Source: Dimorphilus gyrociliatus (lineage: Eukaryota > Animalia > Annelida). From it: a stretch of DNA of 64,000 nucleotides. Both the position numbers and the translations under genes were made by a program. Shown in pieces: positions 13,890 to 27,578 of the stretch. The stretch lies in contig CAJFCJ010000003.1 in assembly GCA_904063045.1 (NCBI GenBank), positions 2,280,504 through 2,344,503 on the forward strand, given 5' to 3'. How positions within the stretch are numbered: the stretch's first letter is position 1; every line of letters begins with the position of its first letter. Under the pieces are notes generated by a model, which saw only the letters and a list, made by a program, of their open reading frames with translations, searched no databases and was not told the origin of the DNA.

Positions 13890-16786
13890 TCAATTTTCGT
13901 TGGGCCATAGAAATTTTACTATAATGAATATCGTTAGTGAAAAAAAAGAAACATATTATAAAGTGTAAATAAGTACTTTTTTTTGTTTTTACTTGTTTCT
14001 TTGAAAAATGCGCTTTCCTCTTCAATTTTCATTCTTGAATAAAAATTATAATCTGAACTTCTATATCATCTCATTTTAAATAAGTTTTAAGATGGAACCA
14101 AAGATGGCGCTGTTATATTAGCATGGATGAAAGTTCCTCAACTTTTTTCTCGAATGACTCTGGTTGGTGGAATGCTGTGTCACGTCACGTGAAACGAATA
14201 AATAATAATTCGCGTGTTTCTTTATCCTCGTGTAACGAATGCTGATTCGAACAGTTACTTAAACTAAATAATACATTAATAACTATTTTTTGGGTTAGAA
14301 AACACAAGTATAAAAAGGTTTGTATGATATTTTATTGGATGCTAGATGTAATTTGTGTAAATGTTCAAAAATACTGATGTGTTCCACGTTGGAATGAAAC
14401 TCCTCTTTATCTTGAAACCATCTAATTTTAGTTTCGAAATATTTTGTTTATTTTTGGAGAGAACCTCATATAAATGTATAGTATATTGGTCAGAAATGAA
14501 AAAGAAAATTAATAATAAGTTTGCTTTTAGGAAGAGATATAAAAGAGAATTCTCTAATATAGGACGACAGTAATCAGTGCAAATTAAATTATTAAATCAT
14601 TAAATTTCTATTATTTTTATATATTCTTTAGAATTTGGAATATAGGGATATGAAATTTGTTTCTAATTTATATCAAGTATTAAATCTCCTTTTATGGTAA
14701 GATTTTGCTTTAGATGTCCTTGCGCTTATTTACAGAAAAAAAATAAGGCCTATAATCTCGTCAAACGTATGAATACGTTCATGGTATGTATTGACAGATT
14801 AAGTTATTCAATGAATTCATCAAAATTTCAACTTATTTGTATTTTTTAATGCTAATCTGAATACTATTTAAGAGCAAGAAATGTATGTTCTTTAAATTTA
14901 TATACAGAGTGTATTACATTCTTTATAATTTTGTAAGGAAATTAATCAAATAAATAATTGAATGGACTAGATTTATGACGTAAAAGAATTTTTTTAGTTT
15001 ATAAGTAGATCATGAATATTTATATTTTATGTTATGTTACTATAAATAGCCTCAATAATCTCTATTATTAAGTAATACTAACAATATTCAAGTACTTAAA
15101 AAAAGCGTTCTATGCCTTTGCTAAAGAGTAAGAGAAACGTTAGTTTTCAAATGATTGAATCATAAAATGATGCAGAATTGATCATAGGTTTTTTTTTATT
15201 ATAAACATTAGGATCTAAGATTTCAATTACTAATACCTTAGTCCCTGGATTACTTTTATAGGCTTGCATGCTAATTGATCATACCTTACATCATGAATCA
15301 TAAAGATTATTAGAGCAAAAATAAAAGAAGAGAAGGAGGAAATTTAACGTGCTAAAAAATAAAAATTTAACCGGCTCTGAAGTATCATATGAAGTTGTTA
15401 ATAAACACCGGAGGAATGGAAACAGTGTAATAGGCCACCAGCCAAAATAAATTGTAAATATTTTCCAAAATTAGCGACAGTAATTATAAAATGTGTAAAT
15501 AAATAAAAAAATGATTGTGAGTAAGACGGATTGATCTACCGTTAAAGCAAAAAAATAGTGCAAACTAGGCAAACTAGGTTGATTCATTTAGACGGTAGCG
15601 ACGTCTAGTGATTTATTGTAATTTATCCTGAGCTATATCACTTGATATATTTTGGACACTCAAAACAGGTTTGTCATTCTATATTTTTAATCTTTTGGTT
15701 CTAATAAATTTTAACAATAGCCTTATATAATAAACTATGAAGTGTCTAAGGGAAAAATACTTGCCCTTCTATTCCTTTGAAATGATATAAACAAGTATTA
15801 TGGATAGCGAAAAAAATAGACTATATGTACCGTATTGTAGTTTACTTTGACGGTATAAAACAAAGTAAATAATATAAAATATATGTTTCTTATTAAAATT
15901 TAATTGTTATTGTTTCCATTTTATAATAGCTGTGTTTATTTTTAAAAAATAACATACTGTATATAATGAAAAATCATAATCTTGTAACTTTGTTACCAAT
16001 TGTAAGAGACTATAAAATGTAACTTAGCCATAGAACAACCATTCTAATTGATCTTAATAGAAATGTTTTTCAAAAGTAACCATATTTCTTGTCTAGATAA
16101 AGATAAAAAATATTTTCGTTAGATAAGATCTATACGATCATATATTATCTATATTTATAGTACACTACTATTATTGTTTTCCTTTCTTTTTCAATCAGAG
16201 ATTTTAATACATATTTCTTTTTTTATCCTTAAAGTTACTATTATTTTTTATTACTTATATTTAATAGTATTTATTTAAATAAGCAAATTAGCTTGTTTTC
16301 ATTCATAAGTTTTGAATTCTGATAGTTTTTTTATTATACTTCTACTAAGCCTATTTTTCTTTTTTTTCTTTGATAGTGTAGAAGTTCTTTTTTTGTTTAT
16401 AGAACTGTTTTCCTCATGTTTCTTATGAGCTTTCGTTATTTTGCATTTTCTAGTGTTTTTTCATTATCATCTTTTCCGATTTTTAGAATATTCTTCAACT
16501 CGTTTCCTATTATAGTCCGGATTTTTCTGAAATACTATTTTTATATGTACTGTTAGCTTAATATATAACTTTAAATATGGACGATGTTTTGTTGTTCCCT
16601 GTCTTCCCCAGTGCAAGACTATTGATTCCTCTCTGTCACGTGATCTGAATACAGGAACTCAATTTAATAAATGCCTGTATGTAATTTTTAGATCGTTTCA
16701 TCTGGAAGCCGGTTACCAACGAGATATATCTATGGAAATTTAAAGTTATAATTTTAAATATCTACTACTGGAAAGAAAAGAGTATC

Positions 16787-19700
16787 ATGAAAACTGCACC
16801 AGGGATAGCACAAAGGACCCCAGACAATTCTCTTAAAGCTGCTCCACCTTGCGGTGGTCTTTACAATCCAACTGACAGCAGAAATTGTCCAAGTTCATTG
16901 AATATTCGCAAAAAGCTAATTGGAGAAAATGGAAATTTCGCTGAAAGGTTCATTTACATTTTGATTAAATTATAAATAAAGTTTATTTAAAGAAGAATAA
17001 TAACTATCAATTTTTTCCCAATATAGTATTATCTGTTATAATGGGGGCACTGTATCTACATATTTGGCAAAGTCTTGTCCATCAACTCTTATTGCTAGAG
17101 AAAAGTCTATAGAAGAAAATAACAACACAAGCAAACCGTTACCATCGTAATGATTAGTTTTAATTAAGTTAACCTATTTAAACTAAAAGATTGTGGCTTT
17201 TTCTTCAGTACAATCGCCAATGTTGAAAGAGTATCACTTAAAGACGGATTTATTAGCTGTTTACGTCCGATTTGGACAATGTTTGGAAAGAATGAAAATA
17301 AGACAAATGGTAAGAATAGTTTTATTTATAAATAATTATCGTAGACGTACACTCGTAAGTAGAATTCTGTTTATGAGAGTAAGCCATCCAGATAGGCCGT
17401 TTTACGGATGATGTTTCTTTGATGAGCCCTCCATACAAAAGATACTTTAATGGAATTACATTGTATTTATAAAATATTGTTCTGCTACTGTTTTTGCTCT
17501 ATTAATGTTAATAATTATACAGTGTAAGCTTAGAGAGTATATTTTATTCTTTAATATTTCCTGAGCAGAACACTTCTAGCGTTTCCCTTTCGAGCTGTAG
17601 ACAATGATTTATTTAACACATGCAATTGAGCTAGATAAATTACAAAATACCTTACGATTTAATTTCTGTGTAGCAATCATACTAATGAGATATTCTCTAC
17701 CAGTCTCTTTATTAACCATATATTCTTATCACTATTATACAATTTGCAATTTTTTGCTGTATAGTCAAAATTAAGCTAACTAATCGTAATTTCTCATATG
17801 GTGCCATATTTAAAATGTTAAGTATTATCAAAAACGTATTAAATGCAATAAAATCGCAATAATCATTTATCAAAGCACCTGCTAATAAACTTTGTATAAA
17901 AAGGACGCTAGGTACTTATATACATACTGCAAAAGTATATCAATATCTTTAGTATTCAGATATATTTTTCTTGGTTATTTTATATGAGTACGTCGCTTTC
18001 AACAGTCACGAATTGCCGTGACAATTATCTGATCTTACAAGTCTGTTTTATTTCATTTGAAAATCACCATCGTTCAAACAAGTTCTTATTGTTCCTAATA
18101 ATATTGTCCTACTAATGGGTTTATCTTCATCCGAATTTTGTTTAAAAAGGCAAAAAACCGATGATCTATATTTCTCAGATTTTAGTTAGCTTTTAATTTC
18201 TTTTACCTTTAAAGGAAGCCCCCATTTTTATATTTTTTTATTGCCAATAAAAAATAGAGTCTCTTATGTTTTATAACTCACTTACCTTTTCTTTTTTACA
18301 GGAAATTTCGACGATGAATGGGAAATTCCTTTTGAATCGATTAAAGAACTGCAATGGATTGGTTCGGGAGGCCAAGGTTTGCATTTTAATTAGTTGTTAT
18401 TATAGTCCGAAAATAATTTTTTATACAATTTCCTTTCCCTTTTGTAGGAGCTGTTTTCTTAGGCACATTTGGAAGTGAACAAGTTGCTGTTAAAAAGGTA
18501 CACGATAAAGCACAAACAGAAATTCGACATCTAAGGAAATTGAATCATCCCAACATTATTAAATTTAAGTGAGTACATCACAAATCAACAAAATAATGAA
18601 ACTATATATTTTTCTCATTTTTTATTCTTTTAGAGGAGTTTCCACTCAACCGCCTTGTTATTGTATTATAATGGAATATTGTCCAAATGGTCAATTATAT
18701 GATATGATAAGAGATAATAAACAAATTCCTCCACCTATTGTCGTCGATTGGGCCAAGCAAATTGCTAATGGAATGAATTATTTACATTCTTTCAATATAA
18801 TTCACAGAGACTTAAAAAGTCCAAAGTAAAATCAATAAAATGCTATAAATAAGAAACTAGATAATTTAAAAAAAAATCTTTCTTTAGTGTTCTGCTAGCT
18901 GAAGATAATATAATCAGGATATCCGATTTTGGAACAAGTAAAGAATGGAACCAAAAGTCAACAAGAATGTCATTTGCGGGAACATGTGCTTGGATGGCTC
19001 CTGAAGTTATACGCTACGAACCTTGCTCAGAAAAAGTCGATGTTTGGTAAGTTTATCAATTTTACAAAAGTTAATCATCACTACTATTTTTATGTAACAT
19101 AATAATAATTGTACTCTTGTTAATCTTTAGGGCTTATGGAGTTGTGCTTTGGGAATTGCTAACGGGTGAAATTCCTTATAAGAACGTCGATCAGTCTGCT
19201 ATTATATTTGGGGTTGGAAATAATTCTTTAACATTGCCGATACCATCAATGGTACCTAATGGTTTTCAAATACTGCTACAGCAATGCTGGTAAAGATTTT
19301 AATATTTAAAAGAATTTTTATCATTGAACCTTTAATGGAAATATATTAGATTAACATATCTTTTTAACATGTAGGAGTGAGAAGCCAAGAAATCGGCCTT
19401 CTTTCAAGTTAATATTATCTCATTTGGAAATTGCCTCCTCTGATCTCTTAAATATGCCAGCTGAAGAATATTATGGGATGCAGGTGAGGATAAATAAGCA
19501 TATTGCACTTGTAATGTCTTTATTTCTTTCCTTAATAATAATATTGTTGTTCTGTAGGCTTTGTGGAAGAATGACATAGCTGAACAATATTGCAAGTACA
19601 AATGTGAACCGGCAAGAGTAACTCAACTGGAACAAGAGTTAATTAGGAGGAGACGGGCAGAACTCAAACATGCTCAGGACATAAGGTTACATTATGAGAG

Positions 19701-20896
19701 AAAATTTGAGCGTGTTACTAATTTACATAACGAATTAGTAATACTTATGAATCGATTGAAATCAAGAGAAATTGAATTAGCAAAGTAAGCTTAATAAACT
19801 TAATTATTTTACATTTTTATAAATATTTTAATGTTTGATCTCAGGAAGGAGAGGAGTTTATCCGTGAAAAGTAATAAACAAAGGAGTTTATTGAGGCCAG
19901 TTATGAGAGCGCAAGAAAAACTTGGCAAAACTGTCAGTCAGAAAATGCATAAATGCATTTCTGATCCAGGTACTAGTCCAGTCAACAACAATCCTCCGAA
20001 TTCTGTTCTACAAAATCCACCGGATGAAAAATCAAAGATTCAGCGTAGATTTAAAAGAAGTAGAAAAAACCAATCTTTAACATCATCTCCAATACAACAA
20101 ATGAATGTCATCGAGCAATCAAAGAAATCTATGCAATTGGAGTTGAGTGTAAGAGATACAAATGTTACAAACAATAACATTGTGGAGAATGTTGAAAATG
20201 AAAAGTCGAAAGAAGACAACACAGATTTGTCTACTTCTAAAACTAGTGAAATGACCTCTTCGAAATGTTCTGATATGATGACGTCTTCTAAAGGAAGTGA
20301 TATAATGACCTCAAGTGCAAGTGCAGTATGCGCTGATGTTGAATCAAATTGTGCCTCTCCTAAATCTTCTCCCAAAAAGAGAAGAGAAAAATCTAAGAAA
20401 GTAGGTTTTTCTATAGAAAAGAACGGTGAAGAAAGTGAGAGGACCAGGCGTAAACTAAGAAGAGTAAGTTATTAACTTTACTTTCTATCTTATTATAAAA
20501 ATCGAATTTCATCCAATAAAAACTAAAATAGCAAGATCAGCAAGCTGAACAATCTTCGGACAGCGACTCAGAAGATCCGAAGAGTGATCTCAAAGGAGAG
20601 TGGAGTAGTTCGCTATCTACCGAACAACTACATATCATTCTAGAACAAAATACTTCTGACGAACTATCTGAAAAAGAGGCTGCCTTTAAGAGATTCAAAG
20701 ATATATCTTGCCAAGATCTACAAGTAGATAATAATAAAATTTCTTTATACACATTATTTTATAACTTCTTTTTTATTTTATTCTCTAGAATTATCCAATT
20801 GATGTTCTTTCAACAAGTAACTCAGAAGACGAAGCTCCCTCTGACGTTACTGTTAGAAAATCTAGAAGTTCTTTGTCTGAAAAGAGCTCTTACTAA
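16787..20896 (+). CDS. MAP3K13: Dual leucine zipper kinase (DLK/LZK/Wallenda, MAP3K12/13 family); multi-exon, probable non-coding 5' exons at ~14.7-16.7 kb
   Basis: [13 protein letters not shown] pre-kinase motif, [45 protein letters not shown], and zipper [23 protein letters not shown]. It is an ortholog of both vertebrate MAP3K12 and MAP3K13. Confidence 0.93.
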
Positions 20897-21287
20897 CGTC
20901 TTTCCAACGAAGGAATGATTTCCATTTTTAAAATGAACTGATACAAATATTTTTTATTCTAAGTTTTGTGCCAAGCTCTTTTATTAGTCATATTCTATGT
21001 TCTTTTGTTAAAGACAGATTGTTTTTTTTTTTTAATTGTTACTTGTTAGTTATATCTATACTTTTTTGTATCATGACTTTTTTCTTTTATAATGTCTTAC
21101 TCACTTAATAAAGCTTTTACTCTAAAAATTCAAATTGAAAGAACTCCATTCTACGGATTTTTATTATCACGATTGAATAATAATTTTGTTCTAAACATCT
21201 ACGGAAAGTAAGCATAAGAAAGCTTTGAATTAAATGATCTTGTCTACGACAGTGGGATAGATTATCTTCCAACTCTTTCGGATAGAT

Positions 21288-22778
21288 TTACATTTCTTCA
21301 TCAATTGGTCTGAGAATGATTTCGTTCATCTACAAAAAAAAAACAAAAACAAACAGTCTATTAATATTTAAATTCTTTTTAAAAACTAGTGCAACTTTTT
21401 ACCAACCTCAACGCCAGGAGGAGCCGATAGAATGTTAATAACAACTTCAGCAATGTCCTTTGGTTTTAGAATCTATATTTGACAAATTTTTAACGTAGCT
21501 AATTAGAAAGAGTTGACTTTTATACGATAGTTAACCTTAATATTCGCAAAGATAGCACGATGGGGCTTCAGCATTTCCGTATCGACAAATCCAGATGAGA
21601 TTTCCTGTAGTTCATTAGCTTATTGAAATTGAAATATTTGTTAACTATTCACTTCAACCTACTGTAATTCTTATCTGACTTTTTTCGCTACGAAGCTCCT
21701 GTCTAAAACCTTCTGTTAATGCTTTAATAGCAAACTTCGTTCCCATATAGAAATGTGCAAAAGGAATATTTGGAATAACATGTCCAAGTAAGCTGTTGAC
21801 ATGTTAATTAAGTTTAAAGAAAACAGACAAAAAAATCAACAAGCAGCACTTATTGTAACCTGCAATTGTTAATAATGTGACCATTGTCAACTTTTCTTCT
21901 CTTAAGTTGTTTGTAAAACTCTCTGGTACAGATCGACATAGCCAGTACATTTACCTAAATGATAAATTAACTTTAAAAATGATAAGATACTAAATGAAGA
22001 AAACAACCTCGAAAATGTTTTTCCACTCCTTAGTTTTTCCTTGTAAAAGAGAAGTCGTAGCCAACAATCCAGCATTATTAACGAGTACATCAACACCACC
22101 AAAATCGTTTAGAATATCGTCAAAAACTTCCAAAATATCTTCTTCGTTACGTAAATCGCATTTCATTGCTACGAGTTTACCTTTTGCTCCAGATTGTTTC
22201 AATTTTGATGCCAATTCCTGATAATGGAAATGTTAATTAATTAATATTAATTATTTTTAGTATTTCTATTGTGAAAATGTTCAATTGAATGTTTTTCCTT
22301 TATTGAGATTGATAAAGAGAGATTATTGAGAAAACATCGTAGTATTTATTTAAGGGATTTTTTCAATTGAAATAATTGGCAGTTTCATAGAATGGCATAT
22401 AAATCATTCAAGTGTCTAAAAATCAGATTTCAGAATCTTCAGTTGTTCTTATATCAACACTTATAATACGATACTGGATTAGTCTTTCTCAACAACTGAT
22501 TAATCTTCTCAAACTGGATCTCAAATTACGAATATATATATATATATATATATTCTCTTTAACGGGAAAATGGAATAGAGACAGTGGAATAGAGAATGAA
22601 AAACTTTAAAATTAACGATAAACAAACTATGAATTGGTAAACTTACCTCTATTCTATCATATCGCCTTGCCACACCAATTACAGTCATGCCCCATTCGGT
22701 GAGAATTTTTGCAATTGCAGCTCCTATTCCGGATGATGCTCCTGTAACTAGGGCTACTTTATTTGACCACTTGTCCAT
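21288..22778 (-). CDS. DHRS11: Short-chain dehydrogenase/reductase, DHRS11 family; multi-exon
   Basis: MDKWSNKVALVTGASSGIGAAIA Rossmann motif, GGVDVLVNNAG and catalytic YMGTK. Last exon MNEIILRPIDEEM*. Confidence 0.9.
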
Positions 22779-23152
22779 CTTTTCAAAGTTCCTGTTGTTT
22801 AAAATGAAAAATGAAGCAAAAAACATTTAAAGTGACATTTATGATACAAAAATGAAGTTTAGAATAAGATTTACAACTATGAATGTCAGTTGTCTGAGAG
22901 AATTTCTCATTGACTGTCAGTTGTCGGCGTTGAACTTGATTATGAACGTGCAAGATTGACATGAACAAATAATTGCAGTTGTCAAAAGAAATCTTTTAAC
23001 TGTATTTACTAATTTGCATATGAATTTTTTGACATACAGTTTTTTGGTTCGGTTTTTCTTTATTTTTATTATAATAATCGAATAGGGAAAACATTGTCTA
23101 GGAGAAATACTATTAGCTCTTGAGTTTTTTCTCTATTTTATCCAAAATATGA

Positions 23153-23829
23153 TCAATCTACTGACGTGTTTTCATTATTCATACACTTCTCAATAAATTT
23201 TTTAATAGAATCAACAACGGTATCAGTGTGTTCCTGATCATTGTCATTATGAAATATAATGTCCCATGACATATTATGATCAAGTTCACATTCAGACCAT
23301 GAATCGTCAATTCCTTTTACATAGGACCAACCTCTCTCTTTTCTGATTTCTTCAGAAACTTCTATCCTTACAAACAAATGCGGACATTCACGTTTGTCAA
23401 GAATATACTTAATGTCTGATGTTCTCCTGATATCGCTAACAATCCAAAGTGGCTTTAAAGCTGCTTCTTTAACAGCAATTCTGGAAAAGATGTGAATATC
23501 TTCTTGCATTTTATTCCAGCTCCAATTAGATAATTCCAATCGAAATTTTTCTTTATATGCCGAAGAATCAAGTAACTTTTCGTAATCTATACCTTGTTGT
23601 TCTTGACAGAATAAATATTTTAGGGGTTTTGCCATGGTAAGAACATGATAAAATTCACTATCAAATCTAGAAGTGTAAGTTATAAAAGACAACTTTATTA
23701 GAATTAAAAAGTGAAAGATAAGAACGAAAATAATAATATTTACTGATTTCGTAGGATGTTTGTTAAATAATCTTTGCCGCTCTTTCGTTTTCCGCTTATA
23801 AAAATAATACATCTTGGAAATTCTGACAT
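23153..23829 (-). CDS. PMVK: Animal-type phosphomevalonate kinase; exons 23829-23744, 23666-23153 (199 aa)
   Basis: Exon 1, in a different frame from the ORF track, reads MSEFPRCIIFISGKRKSGKDY (P-loop). It splices in phase 2 to KPLK...YKEKFR...WIVSDIRRTSD...GIDDSWSECELD. Confidence 0.94.
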
Positions 23830-24260
23830 ATTTTTCACTGCATTCTATACTATTACAATGAAATTACACCAGTAATCTATGAAAATGTTGGAAACAATGA
23901 GTGAAAGATATATTAAAATACCAGTTTTTAAAAATTTCAAAAAATCGGAAGTAGTATTCACATCTTAATTTTAAAGATAGTTATTAATAGATAGAAATAC
24001 CTAACAAGTATACAAGCTAAGTCTTATATAAATATTGAATAAATCTCAAATAACTACTGTAAATTTTCACTATTTAAACATACCAAAAAAAGACGATTTT
24101 TTATTATTGTAAATCAGACTTTATTTAATAATTTATTCTTGAATTAATATTCGCTTATTCGGACGTAATTAAACGATTTATATGCGTATACACGCTTATA
24201 ATATTATAATGTATTATGAATTGAAATTGAATGAAAGAAATATATAGAATGTCTTCTATT

Positions 24261-26759
24261 CTAATTAAATAGTTTACTTTCTTTATTCTTCAATAAAATA
24301 TCTTTCATATACCTGAATTGATAAAGAGGTAAAATATATCCATTAAGCTGTTGCCAATTCCAAGAAAATAGAGGTCTATAAACATAGTATTAAGATTATT
24401 TATTTGTTTAGATATATTAAAAACTAGTTTACCCATAATCCATTACTCCGTATACTTCTATTCTAACCTTTCTATTTCTCATTCTATAGTCGATAATTTG
24501 ATGAAGGCAATTCTTAACATAAACTTCGTACGAATTACTTTTTAACTTTTCGAATTTTGTTCCAAGTGAATTAAATGTATGGTTGAAAGATGTTTCGAAT
24601 ATTGCTAAATAACCTTTATCCTTATTTAGACAGTACTTTCTTTAAAGAAGATAATAAATAACGATTATTTCGAATAGAAGAAAAACAATAAAAACATATT
24701 TATTAACTTACCTAAATAGATAAGCGTGAAAATTTGATTCGAACCATTCGCTTTCTATTATTTATTTATGGAAAAGAAGATATTCATAAAAATAAAAGAA
24801 CTAATTTTGATAATTTTAATAAAGCTCACTAGGTGGAGTTGAAAATCTATATAGATAAGTATCATCTTCGGATGATAATACGACAGATGGAAATTTATCG
24901 TAAAATTCTGTTGAAGTTAACTTTTTGCAGCATTCATCAAATCCAACATCAATTGAACCAGAGCATCTCCATATTACGACTCCCTTACGCAATTCAGTAA
25001 ATTCAATTTTAATTTCATCGTTATCGTTAATACTTTCAGGAGTTTTGTATCTTTTAAAAAGGAATATTTCCATCTTATTAAGTAAATCCTCAATACCAAT
25101 TGGAGAGTTTGTCTTGAAATATTCTAATAAGTAATCGATTTTATAGAATACTGTCTCAATTCCAACACGTTTCTTTATCTTTTTGTTGTTGGTGGAACTG
25201 ATTTGACTGCAAAATATTGATTAATAATGATATTAAACAAACATATATGGAAAAATACTTCAGTTTGATATTTAAATCAGTCTTCAGTGGATTGCAGAAA
25301 AAGATACATAGGTTATTTTGATGATCCATTACTTTTTTACTTTGTTTCTTACACATACCATCTTTACATTCATCTTCGTGCATATGTTTAATATCATCTT
25401 TACTATCCATTGAATGATTAACCAACATAGTCATAATAACAGTACTCAATGGAATAATAAAATATTGTTCGTTTATTGAACTATCATCAAAAACTTTTAG
25501 CCATTTTATTTTCATTATTTTATCAGTAAATAATGATAAAGTACTAATTACAATACCATTAACACTACTCTTTTTATAGTGAGAGCCCAACAAATAAAAG
25601 ATCTTTAATAGTATTTGTAATACTTTTTGATTAATAATTGGCATTTGTTGTATAATAAGTCTACAAGTTTCAAAATTTTCACTCTCCTTTTCAATTTCCG
25701 GTCCAAAATGTTTAACAATTCTCGTTATAATTGCACCAATATGACCTTCAACTTCACTTTTAGAATCGTAATTGTTCATTTTAAAAGTTGTATTTAAAAT
25801 GTCTTTATTAGCTTTAATGAAAATAGGTAAATGAATAATTATATGAATAAAGAGCGAGAAGCGAAAGCAATTAACTAACATAGCTTTTTTAATTTCTTAA
25901 AAGAAGGAAAATCACCGCCAATCCTTCGAGTTTCCGATTGAATAATATCTTTCATCTTACTATAATAGAAATAAAAGATTTCTGCTGCGCATCTATCAGT
26001 TAACGCGTCCAATTCTTTGAATACATTAATTATAAATCTAGATATAGTTATAGTTGATATGGAATTATCATCTTCTAGAATATCCGCATCAAACCATTTC
26101 GTATAAGCCGTCTTCATTAATTCCTTCATAACCTTAGCAGATGCTGGCCTCCTGAAAACTTCATGTTCGTTGTGTATATTTTTTAAAAGATAGTCAATTG
26201 ATGTTTGTAGCATAGATGGTATAAAATTAAAATTCCTTATCATTAAAAAATCCCATAGATTTCCGCATTTTTTATATATTTCTTTTACTTTTCTATTTTT
26301 AAAAAAACTTGATTTAGCATTTAATAATCTAAGAGATTTAGCTTACTTTTTCTCATTCTTCTTCTCTTCATTACTATACTCTATTAAATCTAATAAATCA
26401 GATCTTTTCAAATTATTCGTTCCGCCATCTTCTAATCTATAAATAGAACATTTTATTTGACACCTTCTACTGTATATATTAGTATTTGTATATAACGCAT
26501 GAATATTTATTACTGGGATAATTTCTTGATAATTGATATATTATTTATTCTACCATCTAGGATTTTTCTGTTCATTATTTGTATAACTCTAACTTGACTT
26601 GTTGAAGCTTCTTCTAATTTATCAAAATCAACATTTTTAACTTCAAAATCCTTCTTTACAATGCTTAAAAACAGATATAAAAATATTAAAATATAAGAAA
26701 TTATCATTTGATCTATATTTTAACCTTGTTGCCCTCTTTTTAGTTGGTAAAATAGTCAT
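24261..26759 (-). CDS. Highly divergent RhoGAP + START-like protein (DLC1/STARD13/crossveinless-c-like architecture); multi-exon
   Basis: Spliceable in phase by eye. RhoGAP-like IPSMLQTSIDYLLK...EVFRRPAS (Arg-finger position) and IIQQMPIINQKVLQILLKIF; START-like GVVIWRCSGSID...DTYLYRF and RIEVYGVMDYG. Similarity is weak. Confidence 0.6.
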
Positions 26760-27578
26760 ATTTGTATATTAATTTCTTAGAATGTTCTTTTTTTTGTTCT
26801 TTTTCTCTTTTACTATAGTTTTTCTTTTAAAATTTAAAAGTTATATGTAAAATTACACCGTCATAGTTAAAATTCGTATATATATACAGTATACTGTATA
26901 TACTGTGTTTAGTTACCAATACCAACAATGGATATCTTTGTTAAAAGGAAAAAGACAACCTCCAAAATATACAGTTTGCAACTCTTCCAATGTGTGTTTG
27001 TCCTCGAACATTCTTGTTAGCAAGAGTGCTACTTGTATAAGGAACTTAGAAATTGTATTACTTTAGTAAAAGCTAAGCGTTTTAAAGGTTAGTCTCGTAC
27101 AAAATAAACCTTAAAAAAAGAGAACACAAAGAATTTTTAAATTTCGTGATTAGTTGATTAGTTTATAAGAAAAGACGATTGGCGATAAGGAATTGTTACT
27201 AAATTAATAGTTGTAACTATATTTTTGTACATGTTTTGTTCCTGTTTATTTAAAAAAACAAAAAAGATTGTGTGATCATTCAATTAAATTTGAACAAATA
27301 AGGAGAGGGAAAAGCCATCCAAAAATAAATATTTTTATATATGTTAATCCTCTGTTCAGTAAATGCATATAGCCCGCATTTTCAGACTGTTCGCCTCTTC
27401 TGTATCCGTTAATAGTTCATAATTATCATTGTTTCCATCCGTTAAATTCCCATCTGAAGAATATTGCGGAATTGTGTTTTTGTTTTGTAAACAAATTATA
27501 AATAAAATTGTGGAGAAAAAAATTAATAGAGAAATCAACAAAAAACAATATGGAGAAGAAAATAAACTAAAATGATCA

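Noticed and set aside
746-15529. Three exact GTAAGACGG 9-mers (746, 2700, 15521)
   Set aside because: Post-hoc pattern that includes the donor consensus GTAAG; not convincing after multiple testing.
26320-26350. Apparent premature TAA in the RhoGAP-START frame (pseudogene or readthrough)
   Set aside because: It lies inside a normal 54-nt GT-AG intron whose removal preserves the frame.
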